In this document: positions 9,797 to 20,087 of the stretch, piece after piece
How the letters are laid out: every line of letters starts with the position of its first letter
Position numbering within the stretch: position 1 is the stretch's first letter
Source: Bacillota bacterium
GTDB lineage: Bacteria; Bacillota; Halanaerobiia; B1SED10-174
DNA: 64,000 nucleotides
Direction of reading: 5' to 3'
Assembly (NCBI GenBank): GCA_007122335.1
Contig: SKTZ01000092.1
Coordinates: forward strand, 285-64,284
Program-made: the position numbers and the translations under genes
The notes under the pieces: generated by a model
Told to the model about the DNA's origin: nothing
Databases searched by the model: none
What the model saw: the letters and a program-made list of their open reading frames with translations, nothing else

Positions 9797-10735
9797 ATGG
9801 ATCTGGGATGGATAATATTGTTCTTACTAATCGGTCTGGCAATGGGCTACTGGAAAATAATTCCCCCCAACTGGCGACCTTTAATTGCAGTTAGTATTAA
9901 TCTCGCACTGGCCCTTTTACTCGGAGCTATGGGAGCTCAAATAGGCGGTGACCGGGAACTCTGGGGGCAACTGGATAAAATTGGGTTGCAGGCCCTGGCT
10001 CTAGCAGGGGGAAGTATAGCTGGAAGCCTGCTTTTTTTACAATTCATTTCTCCCCGGCGAAAATGGATGCAGGCAGGCCCTCCCGGTTTTAAGATTGGGG
10101 ATGGTCGGGGGCGTGGTTTTTTGATGATTTTTGTTTTGGCTTCACTTGCCGGGGGCTTTGGCCTGGGGATAATTATCCCGCCCACCTGGATTGCCTACTT
10201 GGACCAGTTAATAGTTTATGCCCTTGCACTGTTGCTCTGGGGGATCGGTCTTGACCTGGGATTTAATCCCCAAATTTTTAAAAGCCTGGGCAGACTGGGC
10301 TGGAGAATTATCCTGCTTCCTTTTTTGATTGCAGCTGGCAGTATTTTTGGTGCGGTAATTGCCGGGTATATCCTGGGTATCGCGGGAAATCAGGCTGCGG
10401 CTGTGGGAGCGGGTTTTGGGTGGTACAGTCTTTCGGGAGTATTATTAACAGGATTACATAGTGTTGAACTGGGGACCCTTGCCTTTTTATCCAATGTTTT
10501 TCGAGAAGTTTTGGCAATTCTTTCCCTGCCTCTTGTAGCAAAATATCTTGGTTCGCTGACTGCAATTGCACCGGGAGGGGCAACTACAATGGATGTGACC
10601 CTGCCCCTGATTAAAAAGGTCGCGGGAGAAGAAGTTGTCCTGCCTGCTTTTTTTAGTGGGGCAATGCTTTCAGCAATGGTTCCTGTACTGGTCCCCCTTT
10701 TTATTTCGCTTGATACTATTTTTGCAGGTTTTTAA
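9797..10735 (+). CDS. LysO-family (DUF340) membrane exporter
   Basis: About 310 aa, polytopic and Gly/Ala-rich, with the two-half architecture typical of DUF340/LysO. The SD is weak. Confidence 0.55.
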   Translation: MDLGWIILFLLIGLAMGYWKIIPPNWRPLIAVSINLALALLLGAMGAQIGGDRELWGQLDKIGLQALALAGGSIAGSLLFLQFISPRRKWMQAGPPGFKIGDGRGRGFLMIFVLASLAGGFGLGIIIPPTWIAYLDQLIVYALALLLWGIGLDLGFNPQIFKSLGRLGWRIILLPFLIAAGSIFGAVIAGYILGIAGNQAAAVGAGFGWYSLSGVLLTGLHSVELGTLAFLSNVFREVLAILSLPLVAKYLGSLTAIAPGGATTMDVTLPLIKKVAGEEVVLPAFFSGAMLSAMVPVLVPLFISLDTIFAGF

Positions 10736-10783
10736 CCGGTCCTTGCCGAATTTCTCTGGTAAGGACGGAGGGAGGTCGGAAAG

Positions 10784-11671
10784 ATGCAAAACAGGTTTGG
10801 GGTTGTAGTTTTTGTTCTAATAATGAGCATATCAGTGACGCTTCCGGCAGCAGGTTCCTTCGGGTATAATTTTGATTCTGGAGAAGAAATTCGCTACCAG
10901 AATATTTTCAAAATTTCCAGCACAATGGAAACGAATAATTTAATTGTAGGTTCTGAGTTGGAACTTTTCGGTGAATTAACCCAGGTTATCCGGGAGGTAG
11001 GGGAGGACAATTTCAGCTTTGCTGTTATTTTTGATTCCCTGGAAACTCGAGATTTTAAGCAGACAATGACTACCAAAAATAGTTCCGACAGGAGCTACCC
11101 CATCAACCAGAAAGATGAATTTCAGGGAGTGCTTGACTCTATTTTGGGTAGGGAATTGCTTAGTTTTTTAATTGACGGAAAAGGGAATCTCCTGGAGAAA
11201 GAGGTCCAGGAAGAGCTGAGAAATTTCCGGCATGTAAACCTTTCTTCCCTGGGCCAGCAGATTTTCATCTCTTTTCCCCAGGAAGAGCTTGAGATTGGGA
11301 CTACCTGGGAAAGCAAACAGGAATTTACCCTGCCTCAGGGAGGAAATATCAGGTCGATTAATACGAATGTAAAATATACAGTTTTGGATAGAGTTGAAGA
11401 AGAGGGCATCGATTGTTATAAAATTGAAGCTCGGATTGATTACTGGGGGGCAACTCCACTGGGAGAGGAAGCCAATAATAAAGTTGAAGTAAAACATTCA
11501 GGACTTGGTTATTTGTATTATTCTCCTGAACTGGGACGGTTGGTTCGAAGTGTAACCAGCCAGAATTACAAGGTGCAGGTATACATGGATCAGGGTGAAA
11601 AAAACCCGATAATAGAGAGTGTCCTGGAGATTAGAATGGACAACTCCATAAAATTAATTCAAGAAGAATAA
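10784..11671 (+). CDS. Hypothetical secreted protein
   Basis: Preceded by the SD GGAGGGAGG, with an N-terminal signal peptide (...VTLPAAGS). No family recognised. Confidence 0.5.
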   Translation: MQNRFGVVVFVLIMSISVTLPAAGSFGYNFDSGEEIRYQNIFKISSTMETNNLIVGSELELFGELTQVIREVGEDNFSFAVIFDSLETRDFKQTMTTKNSSDRSYPINQKDEFQGVLDSILGRELLSFLIDGKGNLLEKEVQEELRNFRHVNLSSLGQQIFISFPQEELEIGTTWESKQEFTLPQGGNIRSINTNVKYTVLDRVEEEGIDCYKIEARIDYWGATPLGEEANNKVEVKHSGLGYLYYSPELGRLVRSVTSQNYKVQVYMDQGEKNPIIESVLEIRMDNSIKLIQEE

Positions 11672-11676
11672 AAAAT

Positions 11677-11698
11677 GGGGCTGGAAGGCCCCTTTTTT
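11677..11698 (+). terminator. Intrinsic terminator
   Basis: Hairpin GGGGC-tggaag-GCCCC followed by TTTTTT. Confidence 0.7.
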
Positions 11699-11712
11699 AT
11701 TTGCTCTATAGT

Positions 11713-11741
11713 TAAAAAGCGAAGGGGCTTGAAAGCCCCTT
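11713..11741 (-). terminator. Intrinsic terminator of the DUF362 gene
   Basis: Hairpin AAGGGGC-ttgaaa-GCCCCTT with a T-run on the minus strand. Confidence 0.65.
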
Positions 11742-12855
11742 AATCAATGTTAATCAACTCATGTTTTCTGCTGCCCAGGCCAATTTTTTCCGCGTGTTGT
11801 AGTTGGTCTTCGGGGTCGACGTCGGGATGAACTCCCCTGAACTTATCCTGCCCGGGTTCGTGATTTTCTTTCAAGGCACTATCCTCAAATCCCCTTGCTT
11901 TATTAACCAGGTCCAGTGAAGCCTGGTCAATGGCTACAGGGTCGTCGGAATAAAGAAAGCCCTGGTCGGGTACTATTGGCCGATCGCTCCAGCCACAACA
12001 GTCGCATTCGGGGGTGATATCCATCAGGAAATTAAAATAACCCATCTTTTTCTCTTTCCCTTTAATTCCTCCCAGAGCATATTCAACCATTTTTTCCTGG
12101 ACGGCCCGGGTATTGGTAGTTCCACCCGAAACTTTAACGGCTTCATAATTACAGGTAACCTTACATTCTCCACACCCTATACAGAGGTCAGGATCGATCC
12201 TGCTTTCCTGGGGAGTTATGATAATTGCGTCAGCTGGACACCACTCCACGCACTCCCCGCATTTAATGCAGGCTTCTTCATCTATGTTAGGGATTGCGCC
12301 CTGGTGCATTTTATATTTCCCGCTGCGGCTTCCCAGCCCCATGCCCAGATTCTTTATGGCTCCCCCGAAACTTGTCAGCACGTGACCTTTGAAGTGGGAC
12401 ATTGTTACCAGACCATCGGCACTGTAAATATCCCCTGCAATTCTAACAGAACTGAGGTGTTCTCCTTTAATACCCACTTCAATGTAGTTTTTTCCTGTAA
12501 GCCCATCAGCGATAATCAGGGGTGCTCCGGTTGTGGCATAACCAAAACCATGGGCAAGGGCGGTTTCCAGGTGGTCAACAGAATTTGCTCTGGTTCCAAC
12601 GTAAAGGGTGTTGGTATCAGTGAGGAAGGGTTTGCACCCCTTTTCTTTTAGGCGAGCAATAATTTCCCGGGTATAAATGGGGTTAATAAATCCGGTATTT
12701 CCCTGCTCTCCGAAGTGAATTTTTATTGCAATTAATTCCTTTTCTTTAAACTTATCCCATAATCCGCCTGCCTTGGCGAGATTAGCCAATTTACTGACAT
12801 GATTTTCTTTCCTTTTCGTTGCTTTTAAACTGGAAAAATAAACTTTGGCAGCCAA
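11740..12855 (-). CDS. DUF362 domain protein with a 2x[4Fe-4S] ferredoxin insert
   Basis: Contains CIKCGECVEWCP and CIGCGECKVTC. The N-terminus is DUF362-like (IAIKIHFGE...FLTDTNTLY). Confidence 0.75.
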   Translation of the reverse strand: MAAKVYFSSLKATKRKENHVSKLANLAKAGGLWDKFKEKELIAIKIHFGEQGNTGFINPIYTREIIARLKEKGCKPFLTDTNTLYVGTRANSVDHLETALAHGFGYATTGAPLIIADGLTGKNYIEVGIKGEHLSSVRIAGDIYSADGLVTMSHFKGHVLTSFGGAIKNLGMGLGSRSGKYKMHQGAIPNIDEEACIKCGECVEWCPADAIIITPQESRIDPDLCIGCGECKVTCNYEAVKVSGGTTNTRAVQEKMVEYALGGIKGKEKKMGYFNFLMDITPECDCCGWSDRPIVPDQGFLYSDDPVAIDQASLDLVNKARGFEDSALKENHEPGQDKFRGVHPDVDPEDQLQHAEKIGLGSRKHELINID

Positions 12856-12911
12856 AACTGGTCCCTCCTGTGTTATAATTTAATAACTCCTTCGTTATAA
12901 TTCAATCATAA

Positions 12912-14444
<1,533 letters not shown>

Positions 14445-14445
14445 A

Positions 14446-14472
14446 AGGACAGGGCTTTCCTGTCCTTTTTCT
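14446..14472 (+). terminator. Intrinsic terminator after guaB
   Basis: Hairpin AGGACAGG-gcttt-CCTGTCCT followed by TTTTT. Confidence 0.75.
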
Positions 14473-14582
14473 TTAGGAATTTTTAATAAGGAATTTCCAA
14501 TTTCTCTGCCTTAAATACAGGTAATGGAGTTGGAAAAGGAGAAATAATTTAAGTAGCGAATAATGCAAAGGGGAGCTGGACA

Positions 14583-15230
14583 ATGAAGAAAGGCTTTTTC
14601 ATAACCTTTGAAGGCCCTGAAGGATCAGGAAAAACAACTCAGGCTCGGAAACTTGAAGAATCCCTGCGGGATAAAGGTTATTTCGTTCGGCTGGTCCGGG
14701 AACCCGGAGGAACTGCGGTGGGAGAAGAAATCAGACAGGTCCTGCTGCGAAAAGGAAGAGAGATTGTCCCTTTGACTGAACTCCTTCTTTACCAGGCTGC
14801 CCGGGCTCAAAACACTGATGAAAATATACTCCCCTTCCTGGACCAGGGAGGGATAATCATAAGTGATCGGTACGCCGACTCTTCTGTTGCCTACCAGGGT
14901 TATGGCCGGGGCCTGCCCCGGGATGAAATTGAAAGAATTAACCGGATGGTTTGTTCGGGCCTTCGCCCCGACCTGACAGTTCTATTGGACCTCGATCCAG
15001 AAGTTGGTTTGGAGAGGGGAAATAAGGAGGAATTTGACCGCCTGGAACAGGAAAATCTGGATTTTCACCGGCGGGTTAGAAATGGATACCTGGAAATGAG
15101 CCGGGAATATGACCACTACTGGACTCTACCCGCCACAGAAAACCCGGAGATCTTACAGGACAGAATTCTTAAAAAGGTTTTAACCCTGCTGGAGAGCAGG
15201 GCGCAGATGGGAAAGGGGGAGAACAATTGA
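14583..15230 (+). CDS. tmk: Thymidylate kinase
   Basis: Contains FITFEGPEGSGKTT (P-loop) and DRY. Confidence 0.95.
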   Translation: MKKGFFITFEGPEGSGKTTQARKLEESLRDKGYFVRLVREPGGTAVGEEIRQVLLRKGREIVPLTELLLYQAARAQNTDENILPFLDQGGIIISDRYADSSVAYQGYGRGLPRDEIERINRMVCSGLRPDLTVLLDLDPEVGLERGNKEEFDRLEQENLDFHRRVRNGYLEMSREYDHYWTLPATENPEILQDRILKKVLTLLESRAQMGKGENN

Positions 15231-15556
15231 AACTGGTAATTGCTGTGGTAGATGATAAGGATGCGGGTAATTTGATGAATGACCTGGTGGAAAATGAATT
15301 ACAGGTTACAAAACTGGCCAGTACCGGGGGTTTTTTGCGGGAAGGGAATACTACTCTGATGATTGGAACCAAGTCCGAGCAGGTGGATAAGGCAATGGAA
15401 ATTATCCGCAACAACTGCAAGTCAAGAAAGAAAACCGTTACTCCCGTAGCTCCTGTGGGCAATTCTCTTGATGTAAGTATGGCTTACCCCACTGAAGTGC
15501 AGGTTGGGGGCGCAACAGTGTTTGTTATTGATGTAGAAAGATGGGAGAAATTATAG
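15227..15556 (+). CDS. darA: Cyclic-di-AMP receptor protein DarA (YaaQ/PstA, PII-like)
   Basis: Contains MKLVIAVVDDKDAGNL...VTKLASTGGFLREGNTTLMIG...VGGATVFV, which aligns closely with B. subtilis YaaQ from memory. Confidence 0.9.
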   Translation: MKLVIAVVDDKDAGNLMNDLVENELQVTKLASTGGFLREGNTTLMIGTKSEQVDKAMEIIRNNCKSRKKTVTPVAPVGNSLDVSMAYPTEVQVGGATVFVIDVERWEKL

Positions 15557-15559
15557 GTC

Positions 15560-16543
15560 ATGGCCTTAGAAAATCTTCTGGGCCAGACCAGGGCCCAAAA
15601 AATATTAAAGGGGCACCTGGAAAAGACTCGCTATCACCATGCTTACCTTTTCCACGGTCCTGCCGGGGTGGGTAAAAGAACTGCGGCTCGGGAATTTTCT
15701 CATTCGATTTTTTGCGAGGAAACAGGACCCGGGTACTGCGGGAAATGTGTTTCCTGCCACCAGTTTTTAACCGGGAATCATCCCGACTACCAGGAGATCG
15801 AAGTGGAAGACCGGACCATCAAAATTGATGTAATCAGGGAACTGCGTCGATCTCTCACCTTAAAACCTTATAAAAGCGCCTACCGAATATTCGTTATCCG
15901 CCAGGCCGAAAAATTTACCCGGGAGGCGGCAAACAGTTTTTTAAAATCACTGGAGGAACCCCCTTCTTATGTAATTTTTATATTGACCAGTGATAATCGA
16001 AAACTTCTTCTTCCCACAATTATATCGCGGTCATTCCCTGTGGCTTTTAACCACTTGGGAAAGAATATAATTGAAAATTACCTCAAAAGTAAAATAGGGG
16101 ACCAGCAAAAAAGGAAAGTTCTGGCTGAGATTTCTGGGGGAAGCCTGGGTTTTGCCTGTAAGCTGGCCGAGGACGATAAATTTCTGGAACAGAGAAAGGA
16201 ACTGATTTCCCGCTGGTCCAGGATGGACAGGGGATCTTTCCTTGATGTTTATAGCCTGGTTCAGTGGCTGGAAAAGGAATGGAGTGGAGATTATTTCCAG
16301 TTTTTTCAGCTACTGCAGTACTGGCTGCGGGACCTTTTTTACTGGCAGAACGGACAGAAGCAGGCAATTTTAAACAGGGACTGTTCTGATTTGCTGCAGG
16401 AGGAAGGGCCCTGCTGGAAAATTGAAGATCTTGAAAAAGCCCTGAACCTCCTGGATGAATTGCAAAGAGGATTTGATAGAAAGATCAATCGGCGTTTGGC
16501 TCTCGAAGCCACGCTTTTGAAAATAAATGGTTGGAGGCAATGA
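15560..16543 (+). CDS. holB: DNA polymerase III subunit delta-prime
   Basis: Contains HAYLFHGPAGVGKRT and the Zn module CGKCVSCHQ. Conserved position between darA and yaaT. Confidence 0.9.
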   Translation: MALENLLGQTRAQKILKGHLEKTRYHHAYLFHGPAGVGKRTAAREFSHSIFCEETGPGYCGKCVSCHQFLTGNHPDYQEIEVEDRTIKIDVIRELRRSLTLKPYKSAYRIFVIRQAEKFTREAANSFLKSLEEPPSYVIFILTSDNRKLLLPTIISRSFPVAFNHLGKNIIENYLKSKIGDQQKRKVLAEISGGSLGFACKLAEDDKFLEQRKELISRWSRMDRGSFLDVYSLVQWLEKEWSGDYFQFFQLLQYWLRDLFYWQNGQKQAILNRDCSDLLQEEGPCWKIEDLEKALNLLDELQRGFDRKINRRLALEATLLKINGWRQ

Positions 16544-16549
16544 TGATAA

Positions 16550-17251
16550 ATGCCAACAGTAGTTGGAGTTACTTTTAAATCTGCAGGAAAGGTCTATTAT
16601 TTTGATCCAGATGGACACTCACTGGGTTTTGGGAACTGGGTTATTGTAGAAACATCGCGAGGTTTGGAAATCGGGCAGATTGTAATTTCAGCCCGGGAGG
16701 TTAAAGAAGAAGATGTTGTGCAACCCTTGAAACCTGTTTTAAGACCAGCAACTGTTGATGACCTTGCCCAGCTGGGTGAAAACAAAAAACAGGAAAAAGA
16801 AGCTCTTAAAATCTGCCAGGAAAAAATCAATGAACACGGACTTCCGATGAAACTGGTTGACGTGGAATATACTTTTGACCGCAAAAAAATAATTTTCTAT
16901 TTCACTGCTGAAGGCCGGGTTGATTTCAGGGAACTGGTAAAAGACCTGGCCCGTGTATTCCGGACCAGGATTGAACTCCGCCAGATCGGGGTTCGAGATG
17001 AAGCGAAGATGATTGGAGGAATGGGCCCCTGTGGTCGCGAACTCTGCTGCCAGAGCTTTTTGCGGAATTTTGAACCTGTTTCTATCCGTATGGCAAAAGC
17101 TCAGGACCTGGCCTTGAATCCAGCAAAGATTTCGGGTATTTGCGGAAGGTTAATGTGCTGCCTTCGCTATGAATCCGAAGCCTATGAAAATGGGGAAAAC
17201 CAGAATTCTGGTGGTTGTTCCTGCCAGAAGGAAAAACAGGAAGATGAATAA
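16550..17251 (+). CDS. ricT: PSP1-domain protein YaaT/RicT
   Basis: PSP1 C-terminal domain with a Cys cluster ([12 protein letters not shown]...CGRLMCCL). Synteny also supports the call. Confidence 0.9.
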   Translation: MPTVVGVTFKSAGKVYYFDPDGHSLGFGNWVIVETSRGLEIGQIVISAREVKEEDVVQPLKPVLRPATVDDLAQLGENKKQEKEALKICQEKINEHGLPMKLVDVEYTFDRKKIIFYFTAEGRVDFRELVKDLARVFRTRIELRQIGVRDEAKMIGGMGPCGRELCCQSFLRNFEPVSIRMAKAQDLALNPAKISGICGRLMCCLRYESEAYENGENQNSGGCSCQKEKQEDE

Positions 17252-17267
17252 CCCGGGAGGCGTTAAC

Positions 17268-17591
17268 ATGGAAAAAGATTTCTGGGCCCGCCTTGGTGAA
17301 TGCCAGGATGCCTTTACCCGGTGGGAAAAGAAGTGGAAAAAGTTAAAAGAAATGGCCGGCAACCTTTACCTGGAAAACCAGGAATTAAAAAATGAAAATG
17401 AAGAATTGAAGAAGATAATCCTGGGGCAGAAAGATGAAATTCAAAAAGGCCAGGCCGGTTATGAAAATTTACGCAGTCTTTATCAGGAGAACTATCATAT
17501 TTGCCCTTTAAACTTCGGTGACAGGAGAAAGGGTGATTGTCTTTTTTGCCGGGAATTTTTGGAGAAGGCCTATCGGGGGGAAGAGTCTTGA
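17268..17591 (+). CDS. yabA: DNA replication initiation control protein YabA
   Basis: ATG at 17268 follows GGGAGG. Coiled-coil N-terminus and a C-terminal Zn motif (HICPLNF...CLFCREF). The longer ORF starting at 17169 overlaps ricT. Confidence 0.85.
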   Translation: MEKDFWARLGECQDAFTRWEKKWKKLKEMAGNLYLENQELKNENEELKKIILGQKDEIQKGQAGYENLRSLYQENYHICPLNFGDRRKGDCLFCREFLEKAYRGEES

Positions 17592-18313
17592 ATGAAGAAA
17601 TTCGCCCCCTGGTGGGTGAAGACTTAAGAATTATCCAGAAACCCGGGCATTATAGATTCGGTCTGGAAGCAGTACTCCTGGCCAATATGGTTGGAGGCAG
17701 GTCCGGTTTGCGGGCTGCTGATCTGGGCAGTGGGGATGGAGTGATCCCACTGCTTTTGGCCTATAAAAAGAGGATGAGGGTAACTGGTTATGAAATCCAA
17801 AAATCGCTGGTAGAAATGGCTCGAAAGAGTTGTGCCCTGAATAAACTTGAAGGCCTTGTGGAAATCAGGCAGCAGGATATCCGTGAAATACCCGGAGATA
17901 TTCGGGCCGGTACTTTTGATCTGGTTACTGCCAATCCTCCATTTTTTTCTCCAGATGAGGGCAGGATCAGTCCCAAAAAAGAAATTGCTCTGGCCCGCCA
18001 TGAGTTGGCCTGCACACTGGAAGATGTTATGACCGCTGCGAGTCATCTCCTGAAAGAAGGTGGGGATTTTTACCTTGCCCACCGCCCCGACCGTTTGGCG
18101 GAGATCTTTTCCTGCTGCCAGAAAGCAAAGCTTGAACCCAAGGTTTTGCAACCTGTCCAGCCCAGGCCAGGAGAAGAAGCAAATATTGTTTTGCTGCGCT
18201 GCAGGCGGGGAGGGAAGACAGGTTTGAAGCTGAAAGCCCCCCTTTCGGTATATCAGGGCAGTGATTATTCCCACGAGATGAGGGCAATTTACCGGGGAGA
18301 GGAAAAACCATGA
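17588..18313 (+). CDS. tRNA1(Val) (adenine37-N6)-methyltransferase-like SAM methyltransferase (YabB/TrmN6)
   Basis: Contains [11 protein letters not shown] (SAM motif I) and NPPF (motif IV). The start is uncertain: the ORF opens at 17537, and the TTG at 17588 overlaps the yabA stop codon. Confidence 0.8.
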   Translation: MNEEIRPLVGEDLRIIQKPGHYRFGLEAVLLANMVGGRSGLRAADLGSGDGVIPLLLAYKKRMRVTGYEIQKSLVEMARKSCALNKLEGLVEIRQQDIREIPGDIRAGTFDLVTANPPFFSPDEGRISPKKEIALARHELACTLEDVMTAASHLLKEGGDFYLAHRPDRLAEIFSCCQKAKLEPKVLQPVQPRPGEEANIVLLRCRRGGKTGLKLKAPLSVYQGSDYSHEMRAIYRGEEKP

Positions 18314-18549
18314 ACTGGAAAGTTTATATACTCCGCTGCGGAGATGGTTCACTTTATACAGGGGTAACCAGTGACCTTGAGAAAAGGATTGAACAGCACC
18401 GAAACGGGGAAGGAGCCCGCTACACAAGGGGACGAGGACCCCTGGAGCTGGTTTTTGAGGAATCCTTCTCTGATCGAGGTTCTGCTCAAAAAAGAGAGAT
18501 GGAAATAAAAGGTATGGACCGTTCCAGCAAACTGAAGTTATTGAGGTGA
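18310..18549 (+). CDS. GIY-YIG nuclease-family protein (YazA-like)
   Basis: Contains WKVYILRCGDGSLYTGVTSDLEKRIEQH. Confidence 0.85.
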   Translation: MNWKVYILRCGDGSLYTGVTSDLEKRIEQHRNGEGARYTRGRGPLELVFEESFSDRGSAQKREMEIKGMDRSSKLKLLR

Positions 18550-18553
18550 GACC

Positions 18554-19402
18554 ATGGGGGAAGGAATTTTTTATCTCTGTGCAACCCCAATCGGGAACCT
18601 TGAAGACATTACCCTTAGGGCCATAAGGATCCTAAAGGAAGTTGATTATATAGGGGCAGAAGATACGCGATGGAGCCGAAAGCTTCTCGACCACTATGGA
18701 ATAAAAAAACAGCCATTCAGCTGTTTTGTTCATAATGAACTGCAGAGAGCGGATTGGATCCTGGAACGCCTGCAGGAAGGGGAAAGCATTGCTTTAATTA
18801 CCAGTGCGGGAATGCCCGGAGTTTCTGACCCGGGTAATATCCTGGTAGAAAGAGTTTTGCAGGCCGGTTTTGAGGTCGATGTAATTCCCGGCCCCAGTGC
18901 TGTTACTGCCGCTCTCGCTCTTTCCGGTTGGGGGGGAGCCGAATTTTATTTCGCCGGTTTTCTGCCAAGACAGGGCAAAAAGAGAGAAGAAAACCTGAAG
19001 TTCCTTGAGGGCCTAACCTGCCCTGCAGTGATATTTGAATCGCCCCACAGGATAATTGCTACACTTGAAGAAATTGAGGAAATAATGGGTAGTGACCGCC
19101 AGGTTTTCCTGGCCCGGGAACTAACAAAAGTTCACCAGGAAACACTCCTGGGAAAAGTGGGGGAGATCATGTCCCGCCTTAAGGATAGGGAGAAGATCAA
19201 GGGTGAGATTACCCTGGTTATTCGGGGTGGAGAAAAAAAGGAAAAACCCGGCCCAGAGGGTGGGGTTTATCCAGATAAAGAAAAACTTCTGGAAAAACTG
19301 CTCCAGGCAGGGGTTAGCAGGAAGGATGTAGTTATAATCCTCCAGGAGGTTTTAAACTTATCCCGCAACGAAATCTACGATTTTGTGCACAAAAAAAAAT
19401 AA
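18554..19402 (+). CDS. rsmI: 16S rRNA (cytidine1402-2'-O)-methyltransferase
   Basis: Tetrapyrrole-methylase fold with LYLCATPIGNLEDITLRA and AEDTR. Synteny matches yabC. Confidence 0.9.
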   Translation: MGEGIFYLCATPIGNLEDITLRAIRILKEVDYIGAEDTRWSRKLLDHYGIKKQPFSCFVHNELQRADWILERLQEGESIALITSAGMPGVSDPGNILVERVLQAGFEVDVIPGPSAVTAALALSGWGGAEFYFAGFLPRQGKKREENLKFLEGLTCPAVIFESPHRIIATLEEIEEIMGSDRQVFLARELTKVHQETLLGKVGEIMSRLKDREKIKGEITLVIRGGEKKEKPGPEGGVYPDKEKLLEKLLQAGVSRKDVVIILQEVLNLSRNEIYDFVHKKK

Positions 19403-19420
19403 GGAGAGTAAACTCTCCTT
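19391..19420 (-). terminator. abrB terminator hairpin
   Basis: Hairpin AAGGAGAG-taaa-CTCTCCTT with an A-run on the + strand, which is a T-run on the minus strand. Confidence 0.55.
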
Positions 19421-19661
19421 AGCCTTCTTTCATCAGGTCGATGCAGTCGGGGCATACGTTTTTATTTTTAAAAACGATGGTGTTGCCTGCGTTACCACAG
19501 AAGATACAGGCGGGTTCGTATTTTTTCAGAATAATTTTTTCATCGTCCACGTAAATCTCAAGAGCATCCTTCTGCGCGATGCGGAGCGTCCGGCGAAGTT
19601 CGACAGGAATTACAACCCGTCCCAGTTCGTCCACTTTACGGACGATGCCGGTTGATTTCAT
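19419..19661 (-). CDS. abrB: Transition-state regulator AbrB (SpoVT/AbrB domain)
   Basis: Begins MKSTGIVRKVDELGRVVIPVELRRTL. The C-terminus is unusual, with four Cys (CIFCG...CPDC). Confidence 0.9.
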   Translation of the reverse strand: MKSTGIVRKVDELGRVVIPVELRRTLRIAQKDALEIYVDDEKIILKKYEPACIFCGNAGNTIVFKNKNVCPDCIDLMKEG

Positions 19662-19686
19662 AAAAGTCCCTCCTTAAATAGCAAAA

Positions 19687-19736
19687 TTCGACAGCTCTTT
19701 TATGAAAATTATACTTGAATTTCCACAAAAAGTCAA
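19687..19736 (-). promoter_or_regulatory. abrB promoter plus a downstream Spo0A (0A) box
   Basis: On the minus strand: TTGACT (19731-19736), 17 nt spacer, TATAAT (19708-19713). TGTCGAA, matching the 0A box consensus TGNCGAA, lies at 19687-19693 just downstream of the -10. Confidence 0.6.
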
Positions 19737-19759
19737 TAGTGGAAGTTCAGTTACAATTC

Positions 19760-19788
19760 TTGACAAACGCCCTGATATCAAGTATATT
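19760..19788 (+). promoter_or_regulatory. Promoter of the metG T-box leader
   Basis: TTGACA, 17 nt spacer, TATATT. Confidence 0.6.
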
Positions 19789-19796
19789 TAATTATA

Positions 19797-20066
19797 AGAT
19801 TAAAAGCAATGAAGGGAAGAGTAGACTCCTGGAAGGACCAACAGAGAGCTGCGGGAGCTGAAAAGCAGCGTCCGGGAAGGGAGTTGAAGATGGCCCCGGA
19901 GCTCTGCAATTGAAATCAGAGTAGGTTGCAACGGATTGGCCTCCGTTAAAGGGTCAGGGTTTTACAGGATTCCTGTAAAACCCGGAAGAGAACCAGGATT
20001 TTTTCCTGGTTGAATAAGGGTGGTACCGCGGTCCCTCGCCCCTTGCCGGGCTGAGGGATTTTATAA
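19797..20066 (+). promoter_or_regulatory. T-box riboswitch leader with Met specifier
   Basis: AGAGA and GCTGCGGGAG boxes are present. The ATG specifier lies at 19890-19892. The T-box motif AATAAGGGTGGTACCGCG lies at 20014-20030. A terminator hairpin (TCCCTC...GAGGGA) plus a T-run follows. Confidence 0.9.
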
Positions 20067-20087
20067 TTTTTGAAGGAGGTTTTAAAG

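Noticed and set aside
19383-19655. 90-aa + strand ORF antisense to abrB
   Set aside because: It is the mirror frame of the clearly recognisable AbrB coding sequence, and it has no SD.
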